A stretch of 33,970 bases of DNA from Dehalococcoidia bacterium (lineage in GTDB: Bacteria; Chloroflexota; Dehalococcoidia; UBA2979), in the NCBI GenBank assembly GCA_040902395.1, contig JBBDXH010000084.1, positions 1 to 33,970 of the forward strand. The letters are read 5' to 3'. Shown here one piece after another: positions 23,126 to 31,277 of the stretch. Both the position numbers and the translations under genes were made by a program. A model generated the notes under the pieces. That model was given only the letters and a program-made list of their open reading frames with translations. It was not told the DNA's origin and searched no databases. How positions within the stretch are numbered: the first letter of the stretch is position 1; every line of letters begins with the position of its first letter.

Positions 23126-24241
23126 TTAGATGCCGAGCTGCTGCGCCACGAGCTCGCGGTGGTAGTCGGCATCGCCGAAGGCCAGCTCGGCTCGCTTCTG
23201 CCGGCGGAAGTACAGCTGGATCTTGTAGTCCTTCGTGAAGCCGATCCCGCCGTGGATCTGCTGACCGTGTGCGACGACGCGACGCGTGGCCTCGGACGTC
23301 CACGCCTTCGCCATGTTCACCGCGAGCTGGGCCTCGTCGGCGGGCTGATCGGTGGCCAGCGACCACGCGGCCTTGTACATGATGAAGCGCGAACCGTCGA
23401 CGTCGGTGACCATGTCCGCGCACTTGTGCTGGATCGCCTGGAACGATCCGATGGGGCGCCCGAACTGGACGCGCTCCTTGGCGTAGTCGACCGAGATCTC
23501 GAAGTCCATCTGCGAGAGCCCCACGAGGTACGCGCACTCGGCGACGGTGTAGCGCTGGATCACCGGCGCGAGCAGCGCCCAGCCCTGCCCGTTCGCGCCG
23601 AGCAGCTGGCCCTTCGCGTTGTTCAGCTTGACCTCGGCCTGCTTGTCGCGGGCGATCGTCAGCAGCGACGTGACTTCAACGCCGGCCTGGTCCGTGGGCA
23701 CGATGCCGAGCGTGATGCCGGCGGCGGAACGCCCGGCGACGATCATGTAGTCGGCCACGTTGGCGTCGGAGACGAACAACTTCGTGCCGGTGAAGGTGAC
23801 GTCGTTGCCGCTCACGGTCGCCTGGCACTGCACGCCCTGCTCGTCGAAGCGCGCGGAGGGTTCCGTCAACGCGAGCGTGAAGATCAGGTCGCCGGAGGCG
23901 ATCTTCGGGAGGAACTCTGCCTTCTGGGCGTCGGAACCGGCAGTCATCAGCGGCACCGCGCCACCGAGCACCGTGGACATGAACGGCCCCGGGACGAGCG
24001 CGCGGCCGAACTCTTCGAGCAGCACGCAGAGATCCAGAAAGTCGAACCCCGCGCCGCCGAGCTCCTCGGGGATGAGCAGACCCTGCCAGCCCTGTTCTGC
24101 CATCTTCTGCCAGAGCTGCGGGGAGTAGCCCTTCTCGTCCTCCTCCATCTCGCGCACGAGCGCCTCCGGGCATTCGTTCTCGAGGAAGTCGCGGGCCGCG
24201 TTCTTCAGGAGTTCCTGCGTTTCGCTCAGACCGAGATCCAT
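23126..24241 (-). CDS. Acyl-CoA dehydrogenase family protein (possible non-catalytic partner subunit), 371 aa
   Basis: ATG at 24241 (MDLGLSETQELLKNAARDFL). Motifs: TEPSA, FGRPIGSFQAIQHKCADM, and HGGIGFTKDYKIQLYFRR. The C-terminal AELAFGDADYH occupies the position of the usual YEGT motif. Confidence 0.9.
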   Translation of the reverse strand: MDLGLSETQELLKNAARDFLENECPEALVREMEEDEKGYSPQLWQKMAEQGWQGLLIPEELGGAGFDFLDLCVLLEEFGRALVPGPFMSTVLGGAVPLMTAGSDAQKAEFLPKIASGDLIFTLALTEPSARFDEQGVQCQATVSGNDVTFTGTKLFVSDANVADYMIVAGRSAAGITLGIVPTDQAGVEVTSLLTIARDKQAEVKLNNAKGQLLGANGQGWALLAPVIQRYTVAECAYLVGLSQMDFEISVDYAKERVQFGRPIGSFQAIQHKCADMVTDVDGSRFIMYKAAWSLATDQPADEAQLAVNMAKAWTSEATRRVVAHGQQIHGGIGFTKDYKIQLYFRRQKRAELAFGDADYHRELVAQQLGI

Positions 24242-24317
24242 GTCCTGTCCCTCTCTAGGTGCCCACGTGCGTCGGGGCGGCCGTGTTATATCGACTGGCT
24301 CGCGTCGCGTCCAGCCG

Positions 24318-25532
24318 CTAGCCGCGCGGCAGGCCGAGGCCGCGCGTGGCAATCACGTTGCGCTGAATCTCGGACGACCCCGAGAAGATCGTGTGTGGCA
24401 CCGAGCGGACGTAGTCGCGCGTAAAGCGCGCCTCGAGCGGCGCGCGCGGCGTCGCGCGATCCCAGATGTTCCCGTACAGCCCGAACGCGCGCGCCCCGGT
24501 GAGCGCGAGGCGCTGATGCAGCTCCGAGCCGAAGAGCTTGTTCGCGGATGCCTCGTAGTTCGGCACCATCCCACGGTTCTGCAACGACACGATGCGGAAC
24601 GCGAAGTTGAACAGCACTTCGGTCTCGATCCGCCGGTCGGCCAGCGCGAGGCGCGTGGTCGCGAAGTCCGGACGGGCGAAGCCCTTGCCCGCGTCCGTGT
24701 GCACGAAGTCGACCAGCGTCGTGATCTCGCGTGCGTACTGCGTAGCGCCGGCGATGCCCGACCGCTCGAAGTCGAGCAGCGTCATCCCGACGTACCAGCC
24801 GCGGTTCTCCTCACCGACGCGGTTCCGCACAGGCACACGCACGTCTTCGAAGAAGGTCTCGTTGAACGGCTGTTGCCACCCCATGTCTGTGAGCGGCCGC
24901 ACGGTGAGACCCGGGGTCTTGATGTCCATCATGACGAAGGAGATGCCACGGTGCTTGGGCGCCTCCGGATCGGTGCGCACGAGCGCGAACAACCAGTCCG
25001 CGAACTGCGCGCCTGAGGTCCAGATCTTCTGACCGTTGATCACGTAGTCGTCGCCATCACGGACCGCGCGCGTCTGGAGCGACGCGAGGTCCGAGCCGGC
25101 GCCGGGCTCGGAGTAGCCCTGTGCCCACGCAACCTCGCCGGAGAGGATCTTCGGGAGATGCTCCTGCTTCTGCTCGTCCGAACCGTGGACGATCAGCGTC
25201 GGCCCGATCAAAGAGACACCCATGCCGCCGACGGCGGGCGCCTCCGCGGTGGCCATCTCCTGATTGAAGATGAACTGCTCGATCACCGACAGGCCGGCAC
25301 CACCGAACTCCGTCGGCCAGTGGGGGGCGACCCATCCCTTCTCGGCGAGCGCGTTCGCCCACTCGATCGCCGTTTGCCGACGGGCCGGATCTGCGGACTT
25401 GCGGTCCGCCTGCCAGCCGCTCGCCTCCTCACCATCCGCCGCGGTGCGGTACGGGTCCGGCAGTCGAACCCGGAGGAATTCGCGGACTTCCGCCCGGAAC
25501 GTCGCCTGGGTTGCGCTATCGCTCCAATCCAT
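24318..25532 (-). CDS. Acyl-CoA dehydrogenase family protein, 404 aa
   Basis: ATG at 25532 (MDWSDSATQATFRAEVREFL) with AGGAAGAAGG upstream. Motifs: GYSEPGAGSDLAS, KIWTSGA, LLDFERSGIAG, and IFSGSSEIQRNVIA. Confidence 0.9.
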   Translation of the reverse strand: MDWSDSATQATFRAEVREFLRVRLPDPYRTAADGEEASGWQADRKSADPARRQTAIEWANALAEKGWVAPHWPTEFGGAGLSVIEQFIFNQEMATAEAPAVGGMGVSLIGPTLIVHGSDEQKQEHLPKILSGEVAWAQGYSEPGAGSDLASLQTRAVRDGDDYVINGQKIWTSGAQFADWLFALVRTDPEAPKHRGISFVMMDIKTPGLTVRPLTDMGWQQPFNETFFEDVRVPVRNRVGEENRGWYVGMTLLDFERSGIAGATQYAREITTLVDFVHTDAGKGFARPDFATTRLALADRRIETEVLFNFAFRIVSLQNRGMVPNYEASANKLFGSELHQRLALTGARAFGLYGNIWDRATPRAPLEARFTRDYVRSVPHTIFSGSSEIQRNVIATRGLGLPRG

Positions 25533-25795
25533 TGGGACCTTCTTCCTGCCGGCGGTGTTCGGCCGCTCGACCATGGCGTAGACAAACTCAGCGCTCCGCC
25601 GCATGCGGTCGGAGCGTCACGACGCTAGGCTGGCCACTCTCGGGCGCGCCGGCCGTCACCGAGTATGGTCAACAGCGTGAGCACTATCTGGCGCGCCCGT
25701 GCGCGGGTCAACCTGAGGACGGGGCGCCGTTCTCAGGAGGGTTGCCCCGGATCATCAGAATGACTCCGCAGCATCTTGGTGGGGGGAAACCCTAG

Positions 25796-27961
25796 TTGAC
25801 CCGTTCCAGTCCTACTACGCATGATTCTCCTGTGCCGGACCAGTTATTGCGGGTCGGTCAGGTGACAGGTGACGGGCGATGGAGCTCGCACGTGTGGAAT
25901 CCGGGCCGGTGGGCACTTGCGATCGTCATCGCCGTACTGGCGGTGATGTTCGGCGCTCCCGCGACCGCGCACGCGGACGATACGTTCGCCGACCTGTGCG
26001 CCCGCGTCTCAGATGAGGCCGCGGGCTCCAGGGTGAAGATGGGGATCGTGGTGATTGACCTCGCGACCGACGCGCGGTGCGACGTAAACGCCGACGACAC
26101 GTTCCGAACGGCGTCGCTCTACAAGCTCGTGGTGCTCGCGGAAGCCTACCGCCAGGCGGCGGAGGGGACGTTCGACTTCTCGGCTCCGATCGACCTCGAG
26201 CCGCGACACGCGATCGATGACCCGCCGAGCTTCCAGCTCACGGAGACGATCACCATCGGGCGCACCGAAGCACTGGGCCGCATGATCCGGCTCTCGGACA
26301 ATGCCTCGGCCGCCGCCTTGCGCGAGCGCCTCGGCTATGCGGAGGTCGCCGCCGAGCCCGCGCGCCTGGGCATGCAGCACACCGAGCTCAGTGAAACGGC
26401 GTTCGTCTCGACACCGTCGGACATCGCACAGCTGGTCACGAATCTCTACCGCGGGACCGTGGTGGACGCCGCCAGCAGCGAAGCCATGATGGACCTGCTC
26501 AAGCAGCAGGGGGTCACCGACCTCATCCCCGTGGGCCTGCCGGACGGCACGGTGATCGCCCACAAGACCGGCACCCTCGACACCGTGCTCCACGACGTCG
26601 GCGTGGTCTATGCGCCGGCTGGCGACTACGTGCTGGTCGCGATGACGCAGCACGAGTCCGACTACCCCGCCGCCGCGCGGGCGATCCAGGAGCTCTCGCG
26701 CACGGTCTACGCGGCATACGGCGGAACCACGCCGCCGTACGCCGTCAACGAACGCCTGGAACAGCGAGTCGCGGCGACGCGGCTGATCAACGTGATCCCG
26801 GTCGAGCTCCTGCAGACGGCGCCGGCCGAAGCTCTCGTGGCCGCGCCTGCAGCGGCGATCGCGCCCGCTGCGGAGCCCCCCTTCATTGAGTCGTCCGGGT
26901 CGCCCTTCGGGCGGCTCGACGCGCCGGTCGTCCCTGCCGTCGCACTCGCGATGTTGCTGTTGACACCGGCCATGGTGTTCGCCGCGCGCACCTGGAACGC
27001 GCGGCGGGGACGGCGACCGGTATTCGCCGAAGTTGAGAGCCGGCTCATTCCGGCGGGAAGGTCTCCCCAGATGCGTTTTGGAAACAGGCGAGAACAAGAT
27101 GATCAGTACGACCAGTACGAGGAGGAACAGCCCGTGACACGCGCGGCCGCGACCACCGAGATGGGCGCGCCGGCGATGCTGCCCTCGCGCCGCTTGCAGC
27201 GCGTTGGCGAGCTGTTCCGCACGCACGCCGAGTTGCTCGACCAGATGCGCGCGCAGTTCCAGGACGAACTGCAGCCGCTCAACGAGCTGCTCGCTCGTCA
27301 GGCGGCGACCATGCAGCAGCTCCTGCTCAACCTCGAGCAGCGGCTGCGCCCGCTCAACGAGTACGCGGACAGCGAAGAGTCGAACCTCGAGTCGCTGGAG
27401 CGACGCATGCGCGAGTCCGGCAGCGACTTTGTGACGCGCTCGTTCTCCGAGTACGTCCTGCAGCAGCGCAAGCGGATCGCCGAGACGCGCCAGCAGATCG
27501 ACCAGCAGCGCACGCCGTTCTCGCAGTACGGCGAAGATCAGCGCGACGCGGTCGAAGTCGCGCTCGCGCGCTTCGATGAAGACGTGGAGAACCTCGAGCT
27601 CAACCTCGCGGACCAGCGCAAGGTCATGATGCGGATGCTCGACTCGATGCGCTCGGAGAGCTTCGCCGCGGTCAAGGAGTACCTCCAGAACCGCGAAGAA
27701 GTGATGTCCGAGCTGGCCACAAGCGGCATGACCGACCCGAGCGAGATCGGTCGCTCGGTGCAGGCGCTCCGCCAGAGCATCGAGGCGATGGCGCAGGAGT
27801 CGGCGCACATCCAGTCCGTCCTCCAGACGACGGACGAGGCAGACCGCCGCCTGTCACGCACGGTAGCGGGAAGCACCGCCGGGCCGCGCCCACTGCCGAG
27901 CCAGACCCGGCAAACCGCCTCGGTCGCGGTCTCGGCGAACGATGAGGAAGCGAGCGCCTAG
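25796..27961 (+). CDS. Membrane protein of 721 aa: N-terminal signal/anchor, class-A beta-lactamase-like (serine hydrolase) ectodomain, TM helix, approx. 320-aa cytoplasmic coiled-coil region
   Basis: TTG start at 25796 (uncertain). Hydrophobic segment WALAIVIAVLAVMFGAPATAHA. SxxK motif ASLYK (Ser codon 26114-26116), SDN in RLSDNASAAAL, and KTG in AHKTGTLD. Second TM segment VVPAVALAMLLLTPAMVFAA (approx. 26924-26992), followed by NARRGRR. The Q/E/L/R-rich heptad-like C-terminus keeps strong third-position G/C bias. Confidence 0.8.
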   Translation: MTRSSPTTHDSPVPDQLLRVGQVTGDGRWSSHVWNPGRWALAIVIAVLAVMFGAPATAHADDTFADLCARVSDEAAGSRVKMGIVVIDLATDARCDVNADDTFRTASLYKLVVLAEAYRQAAEGTFDFSAPIDLEPRHAIDDPPSFQLTETITIGRTEALGRMIRLSDNASAAALRERLGYAEVAAEPARLGMQHTELSETAFVSTPSDIAQLVTNLYRGTVVDAASSEAMMDLLKQQGVTDLIPVGLPDGTVIAHKTGTLDTVLHDVGVVYAPAGDYVLVAMTQHESDYPAAARAIQELSRTVYAAYGGTTPPYAVNERLEQRVAATRLINVIPVELLQTAPAEALVAAPAAAIAPAAEPPFIESSGSPFGRLDAPVVPAVALAMLLLTPAMVFAARTWNARRGRRPVFAEVESRLIPAGRSPQMRFGNRREQDDQYDQYEEEQPVTRAAATTEMGAPAMLPSRRLQRVGELFRTHAELLDQMRAQFQDELQPLNELLARQAATMQQLLLNLEQRLRPLNEYADSEESNLESLERRMRESGSDFVTRSFSEYVLQQRKRIAETRQQIDQQRTPFSQYGEDQRDAVEVALARFDEDVENLELNLADQRKVMMRMLDSMRSESFAAVKEYLQNREEVMSELATSGMTDPSEIGRSVQALRQSIEAMAQESAHIQSVLQTTDEADRRLSRTVAGSTAGPRPLPSQTRQTASVAVSANDEEASA

Positions 27962-27988
27962 CCCGGCGCTCCCCCGCGCACGTTGACA

Positions 27989-28025
27989 ACGACGGACGGC
28001 GGCCGTGGGGGCCGCCGTCCGTTGT
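27989..28025. terminator. Strong hairpin between convergent genes (possible bidirectional terminator)
   Basis: ACGGACGGCGGCC (27992-28004) and GGCCGCCGTCCGT (28010-28022) form a perfect 13-bp stem with loop GTGGG, extendable by 3 more pairs. Followed by GCGTGTTGG, which is a weak U-tract. Confidence 0.5.
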
Positions 28026-28062
28026 GCGTGTTGGCGACCAGGACCGCCGATCGGCGACCGGC

Positions 28063-28890
28063 CTACTCGCCTCCGGAGCCGCCTCCGAGCACCACGCCCT
28101 TCGACAGGTCGATCTGGTCTTCGGGCTCGGGGGCGAGGCCGGCATCGAGCTCGGACACGTCGACGACGTTCCCGCGTTCGAGTTCACGCTCGAGCTCGCC
28201 CAGCCGCTCCTCCCGACGCTCTCGCGCCTCGCGCGTGAGCTCCAGCTCGGTCTCGAGCCGCTCGCGGAGCACGCGCTCGGGCGCCTCGAAGTCGCGGGGC
28301 ACCTTCGCCTCGAGCGCGCGGTGCAGCGTGGCGTAGATGTTGCCGCCCAGGAAGTGCAGGGGCTGTGTCTCCTCGTGGCCCCCGAGCCGCCACTGCTCAC
28401 CGAACGAAGCAGGGTTCACCTGCACCGCCATCACGAGGCCGATGAAGAGCACATGATCGCCGAACGGCATCACCTCTCGCACCTCGCACTCGATCCAGCC
28501 CGCGCAGTTGACCAGGAGCGGCGCTGAGATGTGCGTCGGCGAGAAGGTCTCCAGCTGGGTCGCTTCGAACTTGTCGACACGGTCGCCGTGCAGCGCGCCC
28601 AGGTATTGCACGTGGTGGAGCAGGGGTCGCGTGGGGAAATTGAGCGCGAACTCCTGGGAGTGCGAGATCATGTCGACGCTGTGGCGCGACTGCTCGACGG
28701 CGATCGCCACGAGCGGTGGGTCGGTCGAGATCGGCATGTGCCAGGCCAGCGGCATCACGTTGTGCGCGCCGCGCCAGCTCGTCGTGACCAGCGCCACCGG
28801 ACCGCCGAGCATCAGTCGGGCGGCGGCGGTCACCGGCCGGGCTTCGATCCCACCGGGCGCAGGCTTGAGCAAGGGGTCGTCGGCGGTCAC
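28063..28890 (-). CDS. Flavin reductase family protein (FMN-binding split barrel) with an approx. 80-aa charged C-terminal extension, 275 aa
   Basis: GTG start at 28890. Motifs: PVALVTTSWRGAHNVMPLAWHMPIS, EFALNFP, GDHVLFIGLV. The tail reads ERVLRERLETELELTREARERREERLGELERELERG...GGGSGGE. Confidence 0.85.
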   Translation of the reverse strand: MTADDPLLKPAPGGIEARPVTAAARLMLGGPVALVTTSWRGAHNVMPLAWHMPISTDPPLVAIAVEQSRHSVDMISHSQEFALNFPTRPLLHHVQYLGALHGDRVDKFEATQLETFSPTHISAPLLVNCAGWIECEVREVMPFGDHVLFIGLVMAVQVNPASFGEQWRLGGHEETQPLHFLGGNIYATLHRALEAKVPRDFEAPERVLRERLETELELTREARERREERLGELERELERGNVVDVSELDAGLAPEPEDQIDLSKGVVLGGGSGGE

Positions 28891-28979
28891 GGAACGAGTA
28901 TATGAGCCCCCGCAGCGCGTCGCCGGACGGGGACATCGGCAGCAGTCGCGCGCGGCACGCCGGCGCGCGCCGATGGCGG

Positions 28980-29174
28980 CTACCGCACGACGAGCTTGCG
29001 GCCGCGTACGCGATACGCGAGGAACTCGTCGCGGCAGTCCTGGCAGATGAACCCCATCGCCTGCGCGTCGTCGTGCATCACCTCGGGGCCGCGCCAGCGC
29101 GGGATGAGGCGCGCATGCCGACAGTGGGGCGTGTCCTCCCGCTGACCGCCGAAGATGGCCGAAACCAGGCCCAT
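28980..29174 (-). CDS. Small hypothetical Cys/His protein (possible zinc ribbon), 64 aa
   Basis: ATG at 29174 with GGAAGGA 7 nt upstream. HCRH ... CQDC ligand-like pairs are present. The longer track ORF (to 29339) would overlap the S8 gene and lacks an RBS. Confidence 0.5.
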   Translation of the reverse strand: MGLVSAIFGGQREDTPHCRHARLIPRWRGPEVMHDDAQAMGFICQDCRDEFLAYRVRGRKLVVR

Positions 29175-29244
29175 GGCGAGTTCCTTCCCGCGAGCGCAGC
29201 GACAGTACCGCCGGACCGTGCGACCGTGAAGCGCGCCGGGAAAG

Positions 29245-31131
29245 TTGTGCGCCCGCCCTCGGCTACACTCGCGGGCCAGGAGTCTCACCCGCAGTCTGGC
29301 TTGGGTCGTGTCAGACGTCCGTTCGCCCACAGATCGCATCCTGATCGCACTTGCGACCGGCGTGCTCGTCGTTCTCGCGTGCCTCTTCGCGCGCGCTGAC
29401 TCCGGCCCCGCTCAGGGAGCCGCCCGCAGCCTCCCCGAACGCATCGAGGTGACCGCGCTCCGCGGCGTGGACGACGCCGCGGCCCTGATCCGGGAGCACG
29501 GCGGTGTGATCGAGCTGCAGTCCGGCGGGCGCGTACAGGCGCTCGTGCCGGGAGACCGGATAGACGAGTTGCGAGCCATGTCGGATCGCGTCCGCCTGGA
29601 GCGGCCGCAAACGCCGATCCAGCTGCAAGTCGCACCGCTCACCGCGCTCTCGCGCATCGGCGCGGACCGCTGGCAGGTCGCCGGCTTCACCGGGCACGGC
29701 GTGCGCGTCGCGATCGTCGACTCCGGCTTCCGCGGCCAGGCCGCCGCCCTCGGCTCGACGCTTCCGAGGACTGTCGTCACGCGGAGCTTCCGCGCCGATC
29801 GGAACCTCGAGGGCGGAACGAGTCACGGCCTGCGTGCCGCCGAGATCGCGCACCGCGTAGCGCCGCGCGCGGAGCTGTATCTCATCAACTTCGCCACGGT
29901 CACTGAGCTCTCGGCGGCGGTGGACTACTTGATCGAGGCGCAAATCGATCTGGTCTCGTTCTCGCTCGGCTTCATCCACAACGGGCCCGGCGACGGGACC
30001 GGGCCGGTCGACGAGATCGTGGACCGGGCGACCAGCGCCGGCATCGCGTGGGTTGCGGCGTCGGGCAACTGGGCGCAACAGCACTGGTCAGGGGTGTTCC
30101 GCGACACGAACCGCGACTCCGTCCACGAGTTCATGCCGGGCGCGCGCGACAACGGTCACTTCTTCAGCACCGGCGACCTGATCATCGCGTCGCTGCGCTG
30201 GGACGACGCCTGGGGTGCGGCGTGCGCCGACTACGACATCGAACTCTTCGGTCCCGACGGTGCGCTGGTACGCGCCTCCCGCGACACGCAGGCCTGCACC
30301 GGTGACCCCGTTGAGGCGCTCCAGGTGCTCGCGACAAAGCCCGGGCGCTACGCGACACGCATCGTCCAGGCCGGCAACGTGCCGCCCCGGATGCTCGACT
30401 TGATGGTCGTCGGCTCGCCGGATCGCGGTCAGCCACTCGACTTCTGGACGCCGATCGGATCGTTGTCGCAGCCGGCGGATGGGATCGGCGTGCTCACGGT
30501 CGGCGCGGCGACCGGCGAACAGTTGTCCACGGAAGCGCCGTACTCGTCACGCGGACCAACAACGGACGGACGCGATAAGCCGAACCTGTTGGCGCCCACC
30601 GGCCTGCTATCGGCCGCGACCGAGGCGTTTGCCGGCACCTCCGCCGCCGCACCGCACGTTGCCGGCGCCCTCGCACTGCTGAAGGAAGCGTTCCCCGGAG
30701 ACGGAGGCGCGGAGCTTGCCGCTCGCCTGCGAGATCGGTCGACGCCGGCCGAGCCGTCGGAAGGTCGACGGGCGGAGCTGCTCGTCGTCGGGCTCGGATC
30801 GCTCGCCGGCGTGGGTCCATTGCTCCCGGCGGGAGCCGAGGAGGCGTACGTCGTCGGGCAGCTGCCGGCGACCGGCGGCTTCGCGCTGGTGTCGTACCAG
30901 GGACCGGACGACTATCCGATGCGCTTCGCGCATCTGCTGGTCGGCGACCGCCAGGTCGTCGCCGCATTCCGTTACGACGCGCCTGCCCGGCGCTTTCGCG
31001 TCTACCTGGCGGGGGCACCTGCGTTCGTGAGCGACCTCGTCCGGCTGCGCAACGGAGAAATCGTAATCCTGGAGCTGCTGGGACCGGCAGAGAGCGCTGC
31101 CGCGCGCCGGGCTGAGCGCCCGGCCGGGTAG
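29245..31131 (+). CDS. S8 family (subtilisin-like) serine peptidase with N-terminal anchor/signal, propeptide-like region and C-terminal domain of unknown function, 628 aa
   Basis: Catalytic triad motifs: Asp in VAIVDSGF, His in GTSHGLRAA, Ser in GTSAAAPHVAGALALL, with the oxyanion Asn in ASGN. Hydrophobic segment ILIALATGVLVVLACLFARA. The start could be 29245 (GTG) or 29308 (GTG). Confidence 0.88.
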   Translation: MCARPRLHSRARSLTRSLAWVVSDVRSPTDRILIALATGVLVVLACLFARADSGPAQGAARSLPERIEVTALRGVDDAAALIREHGGVIELQSGGRVQALVPGDRIDELRAMSDRVRLERPQTPIQLQVAPLTALSRIGADRWQVAGFTGHGVRVAIVDSGFRGQAAALGSTLPRTVVTRSFRADRNLEGGTSHGLRAAEIAHRVAPRAELYLINFATVTELSAAVDYLIEAQIDLVSFSLGFIHNGPGDGTGPVDEIVDRATSAGIAWVAASGNWAQQHWSGVFRDTNRDSVHEFMPGARDNGHFFSTGDLIIASLRWDDAWGAACADYDIELFGPDGALVRASRDTQACTGDPVEALQVLATKPGRYATRIVQAGNVPPRMLDLMVVGSPDRGQPLDFWTPIGSLSQPADGIGVLTVGAATGEQLSTEAPYSSRGPTTDGRDKPNLLAPTGLLSAATEAFAGTSAAAPHVAGALALLKEAFPGDGGAELAARLRDRSTPAEPSEGRRAELLVVGLGSLAGVGPLLPAGAEEAYVVGQLPATGGFALVSYQGPDDYPMRFAHLLVGDRQVVAAFRYDAPARRFRVYLAGAPAFVSDLVRLRNGEIVILELLGPAESAAARRAERPAG

Positions 31132-31201
31132 GCGTGGTGGCACGAGCGGGCGCAACGGTGTCGACCATTCCGTTGACACGCCCGCCGCCCTCTGGATACC
31201 G

Positions 31202-31230
31202 TTGTCGATCTGCGCATCAGCAGGTACACT
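31202..31230 (+). promoter_or_regulatory. Candidate rpoB promoter (TTGTCG-17 nt-TACACT)
   Basis: -35-like hexamer at 31202-31207 and -10-like hexamer at 31225-31230. Motif match only. Confidence 0.35.
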
Positions 31231-31277
31231 GTCGGGTGCGTGGGGCGCGGTCAATCCAATCGTCGTAGTTCTTGAAT

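Noticed and set aside
21741-24424. Long + strand ORFs 21741..23129 (462 aa) and 23072..24424 (450 aa)
   Set aside because: These are antisense shadows of the histidine kinase and ACAD genes, or out of frame with yqeK. They have no motifs and low-complexity composition.
25760-25795. 11-codon upstream ORF (MTPQHLGGGKP), ending in a TAG directly abutting the TTG start of the 721-aa gene and preceded by AGGAGGG (25735-25741) half-buried in a hairpin (25712-25737)
   Set aside because: The SD-like sequence lies about 18 nt from the ATG, which is too far. There is no evidence of conservation. It may simply reflect uncertainty about the true start of the large gene.
26009-27808. 599-aa minus-strand ORF antisense to the 721-aa gene
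   Set aside because: This is a shadow frame with an Arg/Leu/His/Asp-rich translation. The + frame carries the SxxK/SDN/KTG motifs and the third-position bias.
29175-29339. Longer 119-aa version of the small Cys/His ORF (28980..29339)
   Set aside because: It would overlap the S8 peptidase start region and has no RBS. The internal ATG at 29174 has a good GGAAGGA RBS.
31173-31201. Perfect TTGACA at 31173-31178 as the rpoB -35 element
   Set aside because: No acceptable -10 element lies 16-18 nt downstream (GATACC, ATACCG or TACCGT). The TTGTCG-17-TACACT combination is a better overall match.
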